Shown here piece by piece: positions 29,103 through 44,100 of a DNA stretch of 64,000 nucleotides. The stretch comes from Octopus bimaculoides (Eukaryota). Location of the stretch: positions 35,588,030-35,652,029 of the forward strand of contig NC_068989.1 in assembly GCF_001194135.2 (NCBI RefSeq). The letters run 5' to 3'. The stretch's first letter is position 1, and each line of letters begins with the position of its first letter. A program made the translations under genes and the position numbers. Below the pieces are notes generated by a model, which was given only the letters and a program-made list of their open reading frames with translations, had not been told where the DNA came from and did not search any database.

Positions 29103-32100
29103 ATATATATATGTACAGTTTTACATATATAAACATAGACACCAATGTATACAAATATAAATATATACATTCTGTTTTTTTACTTCCTTTTACCAGTTTC
29201 AGTTGTTAGACTGCAGCTATGCTGGGGCACCGCCTTGAAGAATTTTTAGTCAAATGAACTGACCCCCCAGCCTTGTACATATTCTATTGGTCTCTTTTGT
29301 TGAACCACTAAGTTACAGGGATATAAACACACCAACACCAGTTGTCAAGTAGTAGTGAGGGACAAACACAGACTCAAACACACACACACATACACACACA
29401 ACGGTGATACCCCAGCATGACTGCAGCTTTAAAGTTGAAACAAGTTAAAGAGTTATATATGATGGGCTTCTTTCAGTTTCTGCCTATCAAATCCACTCAC
29501 AAAACTTTGTTCAGCCTGAGGCTATAGTAGAAGACACTTACCCAAGGTACCATGCAGTGAGACTGAACCCAGAACCATGTAGTTGGGAAGCAAGCTTCTT
29601 ACCACACAGCCGCGCCTATATAAACATTTTTACATGTAAATATATATAGATAACTGTGAAGGTACATGGCTTAGTAGTTAGGGTATTTGGCTCAGGATTG
29701 TAAGGTCGTGAGATCAATATCTGATGGTGCACTGTGCCTTTGAGCAAGACACTTTATTTTACATTGTACCAGTCTACTCAGGTAGCAAAAAATGACTAGT
29801 ACCTGTATTTCAAAGAACTGACTTTGTCACATTCTGTGTCACACTGAATTTCCCTGAGAACTACATTGAGGTAAAGCATGTTTGATGAGTGATCAGCCAC
29901 TTGCATGTTAATTTTCACGAGTGTTCCATTGATCAGATCAACTGGAACACTCTCTGTCATAACCAAAAGAGTGCTATTTTATATACATATTTAAAAATTA
30001 CATATATAGATGTATAAATTACAGACACCTATATATTTACAAATATATAAGTACTTTTTACATACATGTATACAAATATGTATACACATACACACACACT
30101 TACCCACACAAAGAACAATGGTATCTTATAGATAGTGCCACATATCCCCACCTTCACCACTTTGCCAGAATAGCCACAAATTTTGAAATATTATTATAAT
30201 TAATATAATGTGCATTTCAATGAGGTGAAACTCAAAGTATTGTTAATATGAGAGAGAGAGAGAGAGAGAGAGTGTGTGTGTGTGTGTGTGTGTGCGTGCG
30301 TGTGTGTGTGTGTGTGTGCGTGCGTGCGTGTGTGTGTGTGTGGTTGTAGCAAGATCTATGATGTCCTACCTTGCAGATATTGTATTTAGGACAGAACAGC
30401 AATCAAACTGAAGAAGGCATGAGAGAAAAAGACCAAACCCATGAACAAAGAAAAATCTTTCTCAGTAACTGGAAATAGTTGCTACAAGCTAGAGATGAAT
30501 TCTTCAATTGATCAGCAAGAGATCAATTTAACTCTCTCTACTTTACACAAAGTGAAACTGAGCATGGAACTTATGAATTCACATTTTCATTATTTTATAT
30601 TCCTTTTACAAGCTAGCCTGCATTGGACAGTTTGATAAGATCTGAAGGGTTAAAGGATCACGCCTTGCTCCAGTGTTTTAGTTACTGTGTGTGTTCTATA
30701 ACTTGATGTTGTTCTTAACTTTACTGAGTGTACTAACTGCTTTTATTGTGGCACCAGCACTATACAGGTTGCCTTGCCATTAGAAAGACTAAAATGTCCT
30801 CTCAAACTGTGCACTGGTGCTGCTGGATCCACTGACCACTTTACAGAATGTACTGAGTGCTTTTTCCATGCCAACAGCAAAAGTGAGATCATCTTGTAAC
30901 TCACAAAATGAAAGAGCTTCCACTATTGATGCAAAGAATGTGTGTGTGAGAGAGAGAGGTGTTGGGGGGAAGTTGCAGTATGATGGGAGGAATAGATTTG
31001 TTGTTGTGAGAGGGTAGTAGAGGAAAGATCAACAGAAATTACAGAGGAGGTGTGCCAGAGCACATTCTCAAAGCATCATGTCCAGGAAAGTAAACAGAAA
31101 AAGCATAATGACAGAAAGGCCAAGAGAAGTGAAAGTTGAAAGAATGCAAACACTCCCTTCTCTACTCAAACATCATGATTCAGAAGGTTAGAAGGAAGAG
31201 GAGTAGCAGGATATATATAATGAAGATAAGGGGATTCAGAATGCACTGTGGTATGGCATGGTAAGTAGGAAAGAGACTTTGGAGAGATGGGAAATGATGA
31301 AATAAGTACAAATGTTGAATGATTTTTTCCCCAACTATGTGGCTTGGTGTGATGACTAGAAGAGATAATAGGGAGATAAGAGGAAATAAAATAGGTGCAA
31401 GTGGAGAGGAAAAGACATGATGAGATGTGAGAGTATAGAATAAACAACAGGCAAGTGGGGAATAATGAAAAATATGTTGCTTTGCTTGTTATTTATATTG
31501 TTATTATAAAAACACTTACTAAAGATGGGCAGCCAGCACTCATCTGGTATAATTCTTCGTTTTCTTTGAATCCTTCAGATATCAAATCTATTTGTAGATT
31601 TCTGATGCAACCAACAAAACCGTAATCAGAGACATTTCTGTAAAGGGAGAAAAAATACAAATATATAGTAGATATGTGTATATGAAGGATTGATTAAATA
31701 TGCACATCACAATATGCAACAGTTGCATTGTGCTAAACTATCTGAAACATATGTAAGCTAAAGAAATCATTGATAATACATCTTCATTATTCATAGTTTT
31801 TCTAATATACTCTGCAATTAATGCACCAAAACTAATTGTTCTACTTCAGATTTACAAATCATACCTTTCACAAGAGAATAACAGCCAATATGGTTTATCA
31901 TAATATCAACTGGTCAGTTTTTGTAGCCAAGTTCTATTTCTACAGAGGGCTTTCAGGAGGGATCACCAGGATTTATTTAATTCTTATTTACTTTCCTTTT
32001 ATCAACATTTAATGTTCATTGTCCATGCTGGCATGGGCTGGACGGTTTGACCAGGGCTGGTAAGCTGAGAGTTTCTACAGCTGTATGCCCTTCCTAATGT

Positions 32101-32515
32101 CAACCACTCCAAGAATGTAATGGGTGCTTTTACGTGCCAGTTATGTGACATCACATCGGTCACATTACCTCTGTGAGGCCTAGCACTTGAATGCTGCATT
32201 TTATATGCCACCTATGTAACACCAGCATCAGCCATGACTACAATTTCACTTGATACATCTTCTCAAGCACAGCATATCACCAAAGGTCTCGGTCACCTAG
32301 TCATTGCTTCTGAGGCTCAACATTCAAAAACCATGCTTCACCACCTTATCCTATGTTTTCCTGGATCTACCTCTACCACATGTTCCCCTCCACAGTTAGA
32401 GATCAGTGCTTCTTTATACAGCAGTCCTTGTCCATATGCATCACATGATCATACCATCGCAGTCGTATCTGTACATGTCTGTGTGTGTGTCTGTCTATCT
32501 ATCTATCTATCTATC

Positions 32516-32549
<34 letters not shown>

Positions 32550-34013
32550 TTTCTGAGTGAGTGGACAAATGAAAGAAAGAAGCACTCAACACATTTAGTA
32601 GGAGATACATATATTATTATTTAAACAGTTAAATTTGGACCCATAAAACTTAAAGTTTCATAGGTTTCTGTAAGAAGCCTACAAAATAATATAATAAAAT
32701 AATGATATATATATACATGAGAGTGGGCTGAAAAGTTCATATGCTGACTATGGAGGAGTGATGCTAGAGCTGCGAAATCATGCATGCATTAATTTCAACT
32801 TTAACTGCATTGTTTCTTTTCAGGTAAACTGACATGTCACTGGTCAAAGATGACTTCAGAAGTAACTAGTAGTGACTTCTCTTTTGAAAATTGACAAAAT
32901 TTGGCATCATGGTGTTATCAAGTACCTGCAGAAAAACGGTTTAGCTCCCAAGAACAGTCATGCTAACATGGTAGCTACATTAGAGGATGATGCTCCAAAT
33001 TTAGCAAAGGTGCAAAAGTGGGCAACTGAATTTAGGAGGGGAAGAGAGAGTCCTGAAGATCACCAAAGGTCTGGACGTCCTGCAACTGCTACCACTAAGG
33101 AAAACATTGATCATGTTCAGCACACGGTGATGGATGACAGGCAATTAACTATAAATGAAATAACCAAAACTATTAGCATATCTAATGAGAGTTGAGAATA
33201 TTCTGTGCAATTAACTTGACTTGCTCTAATGAAGGTCAAGGTCATTTCATCTACAGGGAAGATTGTGTTCATTGTTCATCTTCAAAAGGGATACACCTTC
33301 AATGGAGAGCACTATGCCAACTTACTGAGGCCGTTATGAAAGGCTATCAAGACCAAACACCCAAGAAAACCAATGAAAGAAGGTATTGTTTCATAAGGTG
33401 AATACCCTTGGTTTCAATGGCTACTGTGCATGACTGGCTTTGAACTGGCTGATCACCTTCCCTATTCTGATTTGGCCTTATATAACTATCATCTGTTCCC
33501 CAACACAAAAATGTACTTGGCTGAAAACCAGTATCGCAGTGATGATGATGTCATTTGCTGTTGATGACATTTTTTATCAACAGGATGAAAGTGTCTTCGC
33601 CAGTGGGATCCAAGCATGGCTACACCTATAGAAAGAAGTATGTGGACTGAAAAGGGAACTATGTTGAAGAAATAAACTTCATTTGATTACATTCTATCTT
33701 GGTCAGCCAATAAACTTTTCAGCTGACCCTCTTGTGTGTACTTATGGGTGTATGTGCATATGTATGTATACATATGTATGCATGTATATCTTTTACTGCT
33801 ATTTTTTACTTGTTTCAGTCATTAGAGTGAGGCCATGCTTTGGTATTGCCTGAAAGGTTTAGTTGAACAAACTGACCCCTGTACCTTTTTCTATAAATGT
33901 TATACTTACTCAATCGAAATCTTTTTTGCCAAATTGTTAAGTCATGGGAACATAAACAAAATAACACCAGTAGTCAAATGGTGGGGACAGGACAAATGCA
34001 AACACACACACAA

Positions 34014-34054
<41 letters not shown>

Positions 34055-36109
34055 GGTCGTCAAGTATGAAATTTGTAGAAAAGAAAAAAGTCTGCTAATG
34101 TTTTATAAATATTAGGAATACAGTTCTAATATCTGTCAAATGTAAATAATGTAATACAAAGAAGTTTTATTCATCAAAGTATGCACTCATATTGTCAATA
34201 CACTCTTGCCATTTCAGTGGTAGCTTGTCCAGCCTGGAACTGTAAAAGCTCGGCAACCTAGAGTCAATAAAATCTTGGAAGGCTTGTTTTACAGCATCGT
34301 CGGGATTAAATGTTTTTCCTATGAAAAAGTTATCCAAATTCTGGAAGAAGTGGTAGTCAGTAGGGGCAAGATCAGGTGAGTATGGTGGATGGATGATGGA
34401 GAACTTCCAACTCCAACTACTGTAGTGTTGCCACTGTCATTTTTGTGATGTGTGGTCTGGTGTTGTCTTGCCATAAAATAGGAGTAGATCTGTTGACTAA
34501 TCTAGGCTGTTGTTTTGTAAGTTTCTGCATCATTTGGTCCAGTTGGCTGCAGTATACTTCAGCCATGATTGATGAGCCAGGTTTAATGAAATCATAATGA
34601 ATCACACCTGTGTCAGACCACCACACACACACCATCAGCTTCTTTTGATGAATTTTGCTTTTTGGATTGTATTTTGGTGGCTCGTCTTTGTCCAGCCATT
34701 GTGCTAAGCATTTATAGTTGTTGTATTGGATCCATTTCTCATCACATTACAATTTGATTCAAGAATTATACATTTTTGTGGAGAGAAAGTAGCATAATAT
34801 AGGCTTCCAAACGTTGCTGTTTCTGATTTTCAGTGAGTTCATGTGGAAAACACTTATACAAATCTTTCACTTAACCGATTTGAACTAGGTGAGTCAAGTT
34901 TGTTTGCTAACCCCAACCAACAACGATAATTCACAGGCACTTTGAGATGGATATGACTCAACAGTGGCTATCAGTTCATCATTATCCACCTTTGTTTCTG
35001 GTCGACTGCGTTGCTTGTTTGTGAGACCAAAGTTACGAGAATGAAATGCTGCAAAACAATTTGATACTGTCTGCTATTAGAATGAACTACTCCATTAATA
35101 TTCCGAGCTGTCTATGGTGGTGTATTTCTCAGAACAGGGTCATCAGTTTCCTCTTGCTGGTTCAGACATCCACAGACTAGTTTCAGGGTATTTGCCCTTT
35201 ATCAATGTGGAGTAGTCGAACCCAGCAGATGAACTCCCCTGTTTGAAGGGTGTAATGGCCTCTTGGAGCTAATCAATGGCAGTATTTGTCCCATTAGCTC
35301 AGCGATAACTATTAATACCTAGTACTGCTGCTGTAGTCTCCCTTAGAGAGATTAAGAAACAATCATATTTATATTTTTGAAAACCAGTGGATGCATTCCA
35401 CTGAATATATATAAACCTTCAAAAAGACAGTCAACAGCAGCGCCTTCTGGGTTCGACTACTCCACATTGATCAGCCCTCATATATATGTATTAATTACTT
35501 GCTCATATATATATATATATATATATATGTGCATCTATGCATTAAATTAATTACTTGGTCATAAGCCGGAAAGAAAGACACACTCAATTTGAGAAATATT
35601 TCAGTTAAATTTTTAATCTGTCGAGTAGTATATTACTGGTCATGGCATATAACAGACCATGTCTGAAAAGTTGTGAATATTGTCAAGTGCAAAGTCAGCA
35701 TGACACGAATGACAATATGTTGACAACTCGTTGTTAGACATAAGTAGCAATATACTGTGCAACAATATCAATATATATCTATATATACATATATATATGA
35801 ATGTTTGTAGGTATGTATCTCCCTTTTGGAATAGTATATCATGAAGCACACACACAAAGTCACAAATAACAGTATCCAAATAATGGGCCCGAACCTGCCC
35901 CTCAACAACTTTGATGGAAAAAGTCAAAGGTCTTTGATGTTTCCCATCAATGATGGATTTTTTAGTTTAGTGTATGCATGCTATTGGTTGCGGCTTTGTG
36001 TGCGTGCTTTGAGAGATACTATTCCAAACAGGAATTATTCCATTTTCTCTTGAAAGATTATAGAGTTCTTGTGGTTTCAACAATATATACAGATATGTGT
36101 GTGTGTGTT

Positions 36110-36147
<38 letters not shown>

Positions 36148-36771
36148 TAGATAGATAGATAGATAGATAGGAAAGGTAAAAAAGAGGGTAGTGAATGGGT
36201 GTCTGAAGCAATATATATATGTATATATATATATATATATATAAGTAGATAAATAACAAGAGAAAAATCAGCAACTGAATGAAAAGCAAAGATTTGAGAG
36301 CAACACACTGAAAAGTAGTCTATGAAAACCAAATGGAAAAGTGAGGCAAGGTAAAAGAAAAAGAATTGTTGCTTAAGAGGTGAATGAACCAAAGTTGGAT
36401 TACACAAAAAAGGAAGAAATAATTACCTGAGAAAGAATTTAGCAGAATAACATGGAAATTAGAAAAGAAAGTTTTCTTTTTGTTTTAAATTTCATAAAAG
36501 AAAGGGGTTTGGCTTACAGTATGAAGCATGTAACTAAACTTAATTCAGTGTTATATTTTTTATGATTTCTGTTATTAATTTGTGGTGACACTGTCTTCAT
36601 TGTTTTATTCAATTAATTAGGTATCAAGATTTATTCTAATATATCTCGTAAAGTCTCAGGTTCATCATCTTGGGCAAGTGTTTTCTATTGTGGCTTCAGG
36701 TTGATGAAAGTCTTGTGAGAGAATTTGGTAGATGGAAACTGAAAGAGGCTCATCGTATATACATTCATACA

Positions 36772-36804
<33 letters not shown>

Positions 36805-37569
36805 TTTGGCTCTCTGTAGGTTACGACAATAAGTGTTTCAGTTGGTTCAATCAACAGACCACCCTGCTCATGAAATTACCATGCAAATGTCTGAGCACTC
36901 TACAGATGAGTACACTTAACATGACTTTCTGGGGGATTCAGCATGACACAGAATGTGACAAGGCTGGCCCATTTGAATTATAGGTACTACTCATTTTTGC
37001 TCGCTAAGTGAACTGGAGCAATGTGAAATAAAGTGTCTTGCTGAAGGATACAAAGCACTGTCGGAAATGGAATTTACAACCTTATGACCGTGAGATGAAT
37101 ATCCTAGCCACTAAGCTGTGTGCCTTCATTTTACCATGTGTATGTGTGTATATATCTTTGTCTTGACATCATGTAATGGTTGCAAATGAGTATCACTGCT
37201 ATACAAGCAATGTTGTTCATTTCCATATATCTGGCCTTTAGAGTATGTTACCTTGCTTGGAAACTGGTGAAGGATGGCAACAGGAAAGGTACCCAGGCAT
37301 AGAAAACCTGCCTCAACAAATTCCATCTAACGCATGCAAGCATGGAAAAGTGGACGTTATATGATGATGATGATCACATAAAAAACATTGGTGATGGTGT
37401 CATGTACAAAGCACCCAATACACTTTGTGGAGTGGTTGGCATTAGGAAGGGCATCCAGCCTTTGAAACCAAGTCAAAACAGACTATGGAACCTGGTGTAA
37501 CCCCTGACCTTGTCAGTTCCTGTCAAGCCATCCAACTCATGAGGATGTTAAATGTTGTTGTTGATGATG

Positions 37570-37615
<46 letters not shown>

Positions 37616-40431
37616 NNNNNNNNNNNNNNNNNNNNNNNNNNNNNNNNNNNNNNNNNNNNNNNNNNNNNNNNNNNNNNNNNNNNNNNNNNNNNNNNNNNNN
37701 ATATATAGGAAGACCCTAAGGATTTCCCCAAAATTCTTATAAATTCTCTCACAAGATACTGATCAACCAAAAGCTTTCATTGAAGACCTGTGGGTCAAGT
37801 GGTGTTCAATGAGATCAAAACTAAATCTGTTTAGTTGTCACATTTCTTAAGCAGAAATATTTAATTTTGTTATCATTTTATTTAAGGTTTAATGAGAGGA
37901 AAAGGTTACCAAAATATTTTTTTCAAGTCCTTCAAATCATGGTGAGGAGGAAGAAACCTCAACTTTGGAGATGTTGCAGTCAGAATGAATGTAGCAAAAT
38001 ACTCGCAACTAAGTGTATTCTACAAAAGGTTCCAAAGGGTACCCAGGTAGTGCTGGTGTTAAACTTCTTGACAGAATATATCTACAGAGACAGATTAGCT
38101 GTCAGGATTCCACGCAATTTCCATCAGCCAATTTCACTCAAATTACTTGAGTTGATGTAAAACCACTGTAGAAGACATTTAACCAAGGTGCCAAACTATG
38201 GGATTGAACTTCAAGCTCTGTGATTGTAAAGGGAATTTCTTAACCAAATTGCTCTGCTTGTAGGTAGGCACTTTAAAATTCAGGATCTCTTTGTGTTATG
38301 AATATAACAGACATTGTTGCATAGTTTAAAAAAATAAATAGGAATTCTATGACTAAATTTTCTTTCAATGGATAAGAAAGAGAAAAAAGAACATTGTAAA
38401 ATTAATATGGGATCAGGCATGTCTGCATGGTTAGTAGTTTTGCTAAACACCCTATGTTTCTTCTCCACTGCAAATTATCCCATCACAAAGAAACCTCTAA
38501 ATTATCTTATATTTCTATTTTCCAATTCACTTTATTCATATTCATATCACTAGGTATTGGAGTATATCACAATTGAATTTCATCACCATCATCATTGTTT
38601 TAACATTCACTTTTTCATGCTTGCATGGGTTGGATGGAATTTGTTGAGGCAGATTTCATATAGCTGGATGCTCTTCCTCTCATTTAACCCATACCTGTTT
38701 CCAGGCAAGGTAATATTCTCCCATGGCCAGACATGTTTCCCACAGAAGATTGGAAATGAAACAACATTACATGCATGACGGTACTGCTTGTTTACAACCA
38801 TCATGTGATGTCAAGAGAATGGTCCACACACACACACACATATTATATGTTATGCAGATGAATGTAGATAGCTCCATGAAGAAGTGCTGATCACTCAAAC
38901 TGGATGGAACTTGTGAAAGAGGGAGACCTAGGAAGACATGGAATGAAGTACTGAAGGACAATCTCAGGACACTGAATCTTACTGAGATGACAAAGGACCA
39001 AGATATCTAGCACCTTGCTCTATTTAGGAAGACATGTCCTCTACAGCAGAAGTGTTAATGTTGCTTTCCCTGATGAAGAGGATTGACCTGCAAGAGCTCT
39101 GTGCCAGTGCCATGTAAAAAGCACTTATATTAGCACCAAGTAAAAAGTACTTGTGCTGGCTCCATGTAATAGCACCCATGCAGGCACTCATACCAAATAG
39201 TGCTACAAAGACAGCACCCGGCATACTCTGTAAAGTGGTTGGCATTAGGAAGGGCATCCAGCAGTAGAAGCCAAGCCAAATCAGACTGGAATCTCATACA
39301 GTTCTCCTGCTTGTCAGCTCTGGTCAAGCTGTCCAACCCATGCCAGCATAAAAAAAGGATCATTAAAGGATGAGGATGATATGGTAGACTCTCCCGTGGA
39401 AGACAATGTATGAGTGTTTAGCTTTTTCCAAATGACCTGCACAAATGATTTGTTTATAGTTATCAAATGTTCATGCTGCATGTTAGCTACCTCTCTCCAC
39501 CCTAACCACTAAGCCATGTGCTCTCATATATATATGAGAGGCTTTCAGTTTCCATCAAAGAAATCCACTCTCAAAGCTTTTGACAATCTTGGGCTATAGC
39601 AGAAGACATTTGCCTAAGATGTCACACAGTAGCACTGAACCCAATATCATGTGGCTGGGAAGCAAGATTCTTCATGACACAGCAGTTTTTGATGGGTTTT
39701 ATAGCATTTGTAATTCTTTGGGGAACTTATGCTCAGCACTGCAAGTGGATTAAATAACTCCAGCTACTTACATCCTCATCATCATCATCATTTAATGTTC
39801 ACTTTTCCATGCTTGCATGGGTCAGACAGAATTTGTTGAGATAGATTTTCTTCCTGTTACCAACCCATCCTGTTTCCAAGTAAGGTAAGATTCCCCATGA
39901 TTAAATGTGTTTTTCTCAGAAGATTGGAAATGAAGGATGTCACTTGCATGTTGGTGACATATATTTACAACTATCACATGAAATCAAGGTGAGGAGAAAC
40001 TAACATGCACACACACAGATGTACAAAGAGCCTTTTTCAGTTTTTGTCTACTAAATCCACTCAAAAAGCTTTAGACAGCCTAAGGTTTATAGTGTCACAT
40101 AATGGAATTGAACCTGAAACCATGTGGTTTGGAAGCAAACCTTTTACCACACATCCAAGCCTACACCTTTATAGTTAAAAATCTGCTGAGTAAGGGGAAT
40201 TTTTTTTTTTTTGCTATTACTTGTTTCAATCATTTGATTGTTGCCATGCTGGCACATCGCTCTGAAGTGTTTTAGTCAAACAAATTAACCCCAGGACTTA
40301 TTTTTTAAGCATAGAACTTATTCTATCGGTTTCTTTTGATGAATCGCTAAGTTATGGGGATGTAAACACACCAACACTAGCTATCAAGCAGTGATGGGGG
40401 GACAAACACAGACACATAAATATATACATAT

Positions 40432-40474
<43 letters not shown>

Positions 40475-40951
40475 ACGGGCTTCTTTCAGTTTTTGCTTAC
40501 CAAATCTACTCACAAGGCTTTGGTAAGCCTAAGACTATAGTCCAAAATGCCATGCAGTGGGACCGAATTCAGAACAATGTGGTTGGGAAGCAAGCTTCTT
40601 ACCACACAGTCACATGTGTGCCTATCATTAAATGCTAAGAATCCTTTGTCACTAAGTCTTGATGATCCACACTGTCATGATTATTTCTTGATTTTGTACC
40701 ANNNNNNNNNNNNNNNNNNNNNNNNNNNNNNNNNNNNNNNNNNNNNNNNNNNNNNNNNNAAAAGAAAACCCCTGAATTTTTAGAAATTTTAAACAAAAAG
40801 CGTGTGAAGCAACAGTGCAGAGCTGCAATAATGGCAAAGAAGAAAACAGGTCTGAAAAGTAGGCAGCCCATTTTACCACTGACAAGTTGGGATGAGCCAA
40901 GGTAAAGGGGTTGAGAGTAATGGAAAGGAATAAGACAGAAACAAAGAGACC

Positions 40952-41001
<50 letters not shown>

Positions 41002-41107
41002 GACAAGCAGACAGAGGTAGACAGATGGGTAGCTAGAAAGATAGGGAGAAACAGATGGACAGATGGGTGGAAAGAGGGATAGATATATAGGTAGGTAGGT
41101 AGGTAGG

Positions 41108-41194
<87 letters not shown>

Positions 41195-44100
41195 ACTAAT
41201 AGATAAAAAGCTATATAAATACATAGGTAGATAAACAGAGAGATAGATGGAGAAACAGCAACTGTCTATCTAGCTGTCTATCAATTCAGCTAGCTAGCTA
41301 GCTAGCTAGCTAGCTAAGCAAGACTGATAGATCAAGCGATAGATAGGTAGTAGACAGATAGATAGCTGGATAGACACTAGATAGATAGATGTAATTAGGC
41401 AACACCTAAACCAATATGGTGAGGGAAAAAACCAAAACACTCACTTTTGATTTAAAATACTGCAATGGAGAAAAACAAGAAAGGTAAAATCATTAATAAA
41501 ATGGATGAATGTTCCTTTGTTTACAGTAATATTAATACAAATAGCATTAAAGAATGGCTAGAAAACATACATAAAAGTGTAGTGGTGATGGTGATAGTGA
41601 GGTGGTAGTGATGTTATGACAGTGGCAATGATGGTGGTAGTGATAACAGCAGTGATGGTGTTGAGGGTTGTGATGGTGATAATGAAAGTGATAGAGATGG
41701 TTATGGTGGTGGTTGTGGTGATGGTTATGATGATGATGGTTGCAGTGATGAGGGTGGTTGTGATTATATGATGGTGATGATTTTGAGAATGAAACAATAA
41801 CAACAGCCACAACATGAAGAGATTAATGTACATTCTACAATGATGCTGCCAATTTTTTTAGCATTACCTTTACGTGCTGCTGAAGACTGGGTCATTATAG
41901 GCAGATTTGTAGTTTTGTTGTTTACATTAGAATCAGCATGACAGACACAACTTCACATTTCACTTGCTTTACCACCCCCACCCCCGACCTTCTTGAGTAT
42001 CTTTATCTTAATCCAATATGTCTCCAGTCTGCGGATACTTTCACCCCTCTCTTCTATCAGTGATGGAGGTTCTGTAAAGTGTCATGGGCACTGCCCTCCC
42101 TTCCACCAATATTGTCCCTGTAAAATGTTATGCATGCTGCCCTCCATTCTACTTGTCTGTAAACGACCATAGGCATGGATTGAATTAACCTTATAGCTAA
42201 ATCTACATTTAACATCATGGGTAGAAAAAAATGGTCCAACCCATGGAAAATAACCATAACCATAATTAAAAGAAAGACCTTCTTTAGTCATGAATGACCA
42301 CGGGATTGCAACTAGAAAGTTACCCTCCAAGGCACAAATCTGGGCATGGTTATTTATGGAAGACCAGCAGTTGCCCATGCATACCAACCTTCCCAATGTT
42401 ATCCAAGGGAAAAGCAAAGGCCAATACAGCTTGGCATCAGTGATGCTGCAACTCATTTCTACAGCTGAGTGAACTGGAGCAATGTGAAATAAAGTGTCTT
42501 ACTCAAGGACAATACACAGCCCAGTCTAGGAATCAAACTCACTACCTTATGATTGTGAGCTCGATGTTCTAACCACTGAGTCATGCACCTTCATAACCAT
42601 AATTACTATCATCATTATCATTATCATCACCATCATCTTTACTTCATTATCATCATCAACACCATCATTATGACCATCATCAATTCCACCTTCATCATCA
42701 CGATATTCATCACTACCATCATAGTCATCATCATCATCAATATTATCCCCACCATTATAATAATCAATACCATCATTTTCATTGTTGTCATAAGCATTGG
42801 CATCATCCAGTGCATTGTTTTTATTATCACCATCATCATCTATAAGTCATTAAAAGTCAGTTTGAATCATGCTTGCTTGCAATGTTACTCAGTCAAACTG
42901 GCACATAATGGGAAAATACTATGAATTAGCCTGAAATGTTAATACGAATGGAATGAAACAAGTTTCGCGTAAATTGGTAAAGTGGTTTTCAAGATATTAG
43001 AGATTTTGGGGGTATAAATACCCAAAATGGTGCATAATGAGAAATTTTCCGAGAATAATCTTCATCCTGAAAGGGAAGTAACTCTTATCTTTCTATTAGA
43101 CAGTGAGTTGACAACGAAAAAATACAATTTTTTTTTTACAGTAAATGTCTCTATTTTTGCTTTTGTTAAACACAATATTTTAATCATTTAGAAATATTTA
43201 AAAAATGTAAGTTGTTTGTAAAGTATTTATATTTTAGCTTCCTTTAAACACAACATTTTTGTTTTTTAAAATTATTTTCAAGTGAATACCATAACAAAAA
43301 TTTTTTTTGGCATATTTAAAAAATATTCTTAAGTGAAAATGACTTTAAAAATACGGTAAATATTTCATAAAAGACCCATTCGTAACCTCAGTGTGAAATA
43401 GTTTTTTCCATAGGTATTTTTCGAGTGCATTCAACATATTTGGCTGCTATTTCTAGCATGCCCTGCTACCATGTAACAGCTATTTGCGATAAAGGACCTG
43501 AAAATCTTGTTACATGGTAGCAGGGCATGCAAGAAATAGCAGCCAAATCTTTCCTTTTCTGGGGAAAGGAGCCATTTACATGTGATTTTGATGTCACATT
43601 CATTGAAAGCATGTGAAATAACTTGGAAAAGAAAATAAACACCATTGCTGGGAAACTCACGGTTTCCTGGTGACCCAATGGGTAGTCTAGTTATTAATAT
43701 TTTTTTATGTTTATTATCCAATATTTGGATATGCCTGTAATACAGTATGTGATTTCTCATTCATTATTTAATGGGAATGATGTAGAAAGCAAAGAAACCC
43801 CGTGATATCTCATTTCTGATAGGACTGACTCCACAGAATCTGCTGACATTTGTCTACTTAAAAATGAACATCTAAAAATAATGGTTATTGGCATCTTTAT
43901 TATTGTTGCTGCAGCAGCAGTAGTGTAGTGATTCTTGCAGACATCAGTGTTCTTAAAGGACACAAAGTAACAAATGAGAAGTCACATGCTTACTTACAGA
44001 TGTGCTTAAATATTGAATAATGAATATTAAAACAATGTTAAAACAGAGTTAATTATAATGATGGTGATAACAGAAAATGAACTGGACAGTGATGATGATG

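Noticed and set aside
41869-41950. Strong minus-strand donor aag|gtaatg with a short open frame (DSNVNNK...AARK)
   Set aside because: No convincing acceptor, and the phase-2 frame needed for intron 5 contains a TAA.
42082-42472. Overlapping 124-aa and 60-aa ORFs in moderately complex sequence
   Set aside because: No recognisable domain, splice sites or TE motif; cannot support a call.
41547-42924. His-, Ile-, Met-rich and YI/CV-rich ORFs here and across the window
   Set aside because: Translations of (CAT)n, (TA)n and (TG)n microsatellites.
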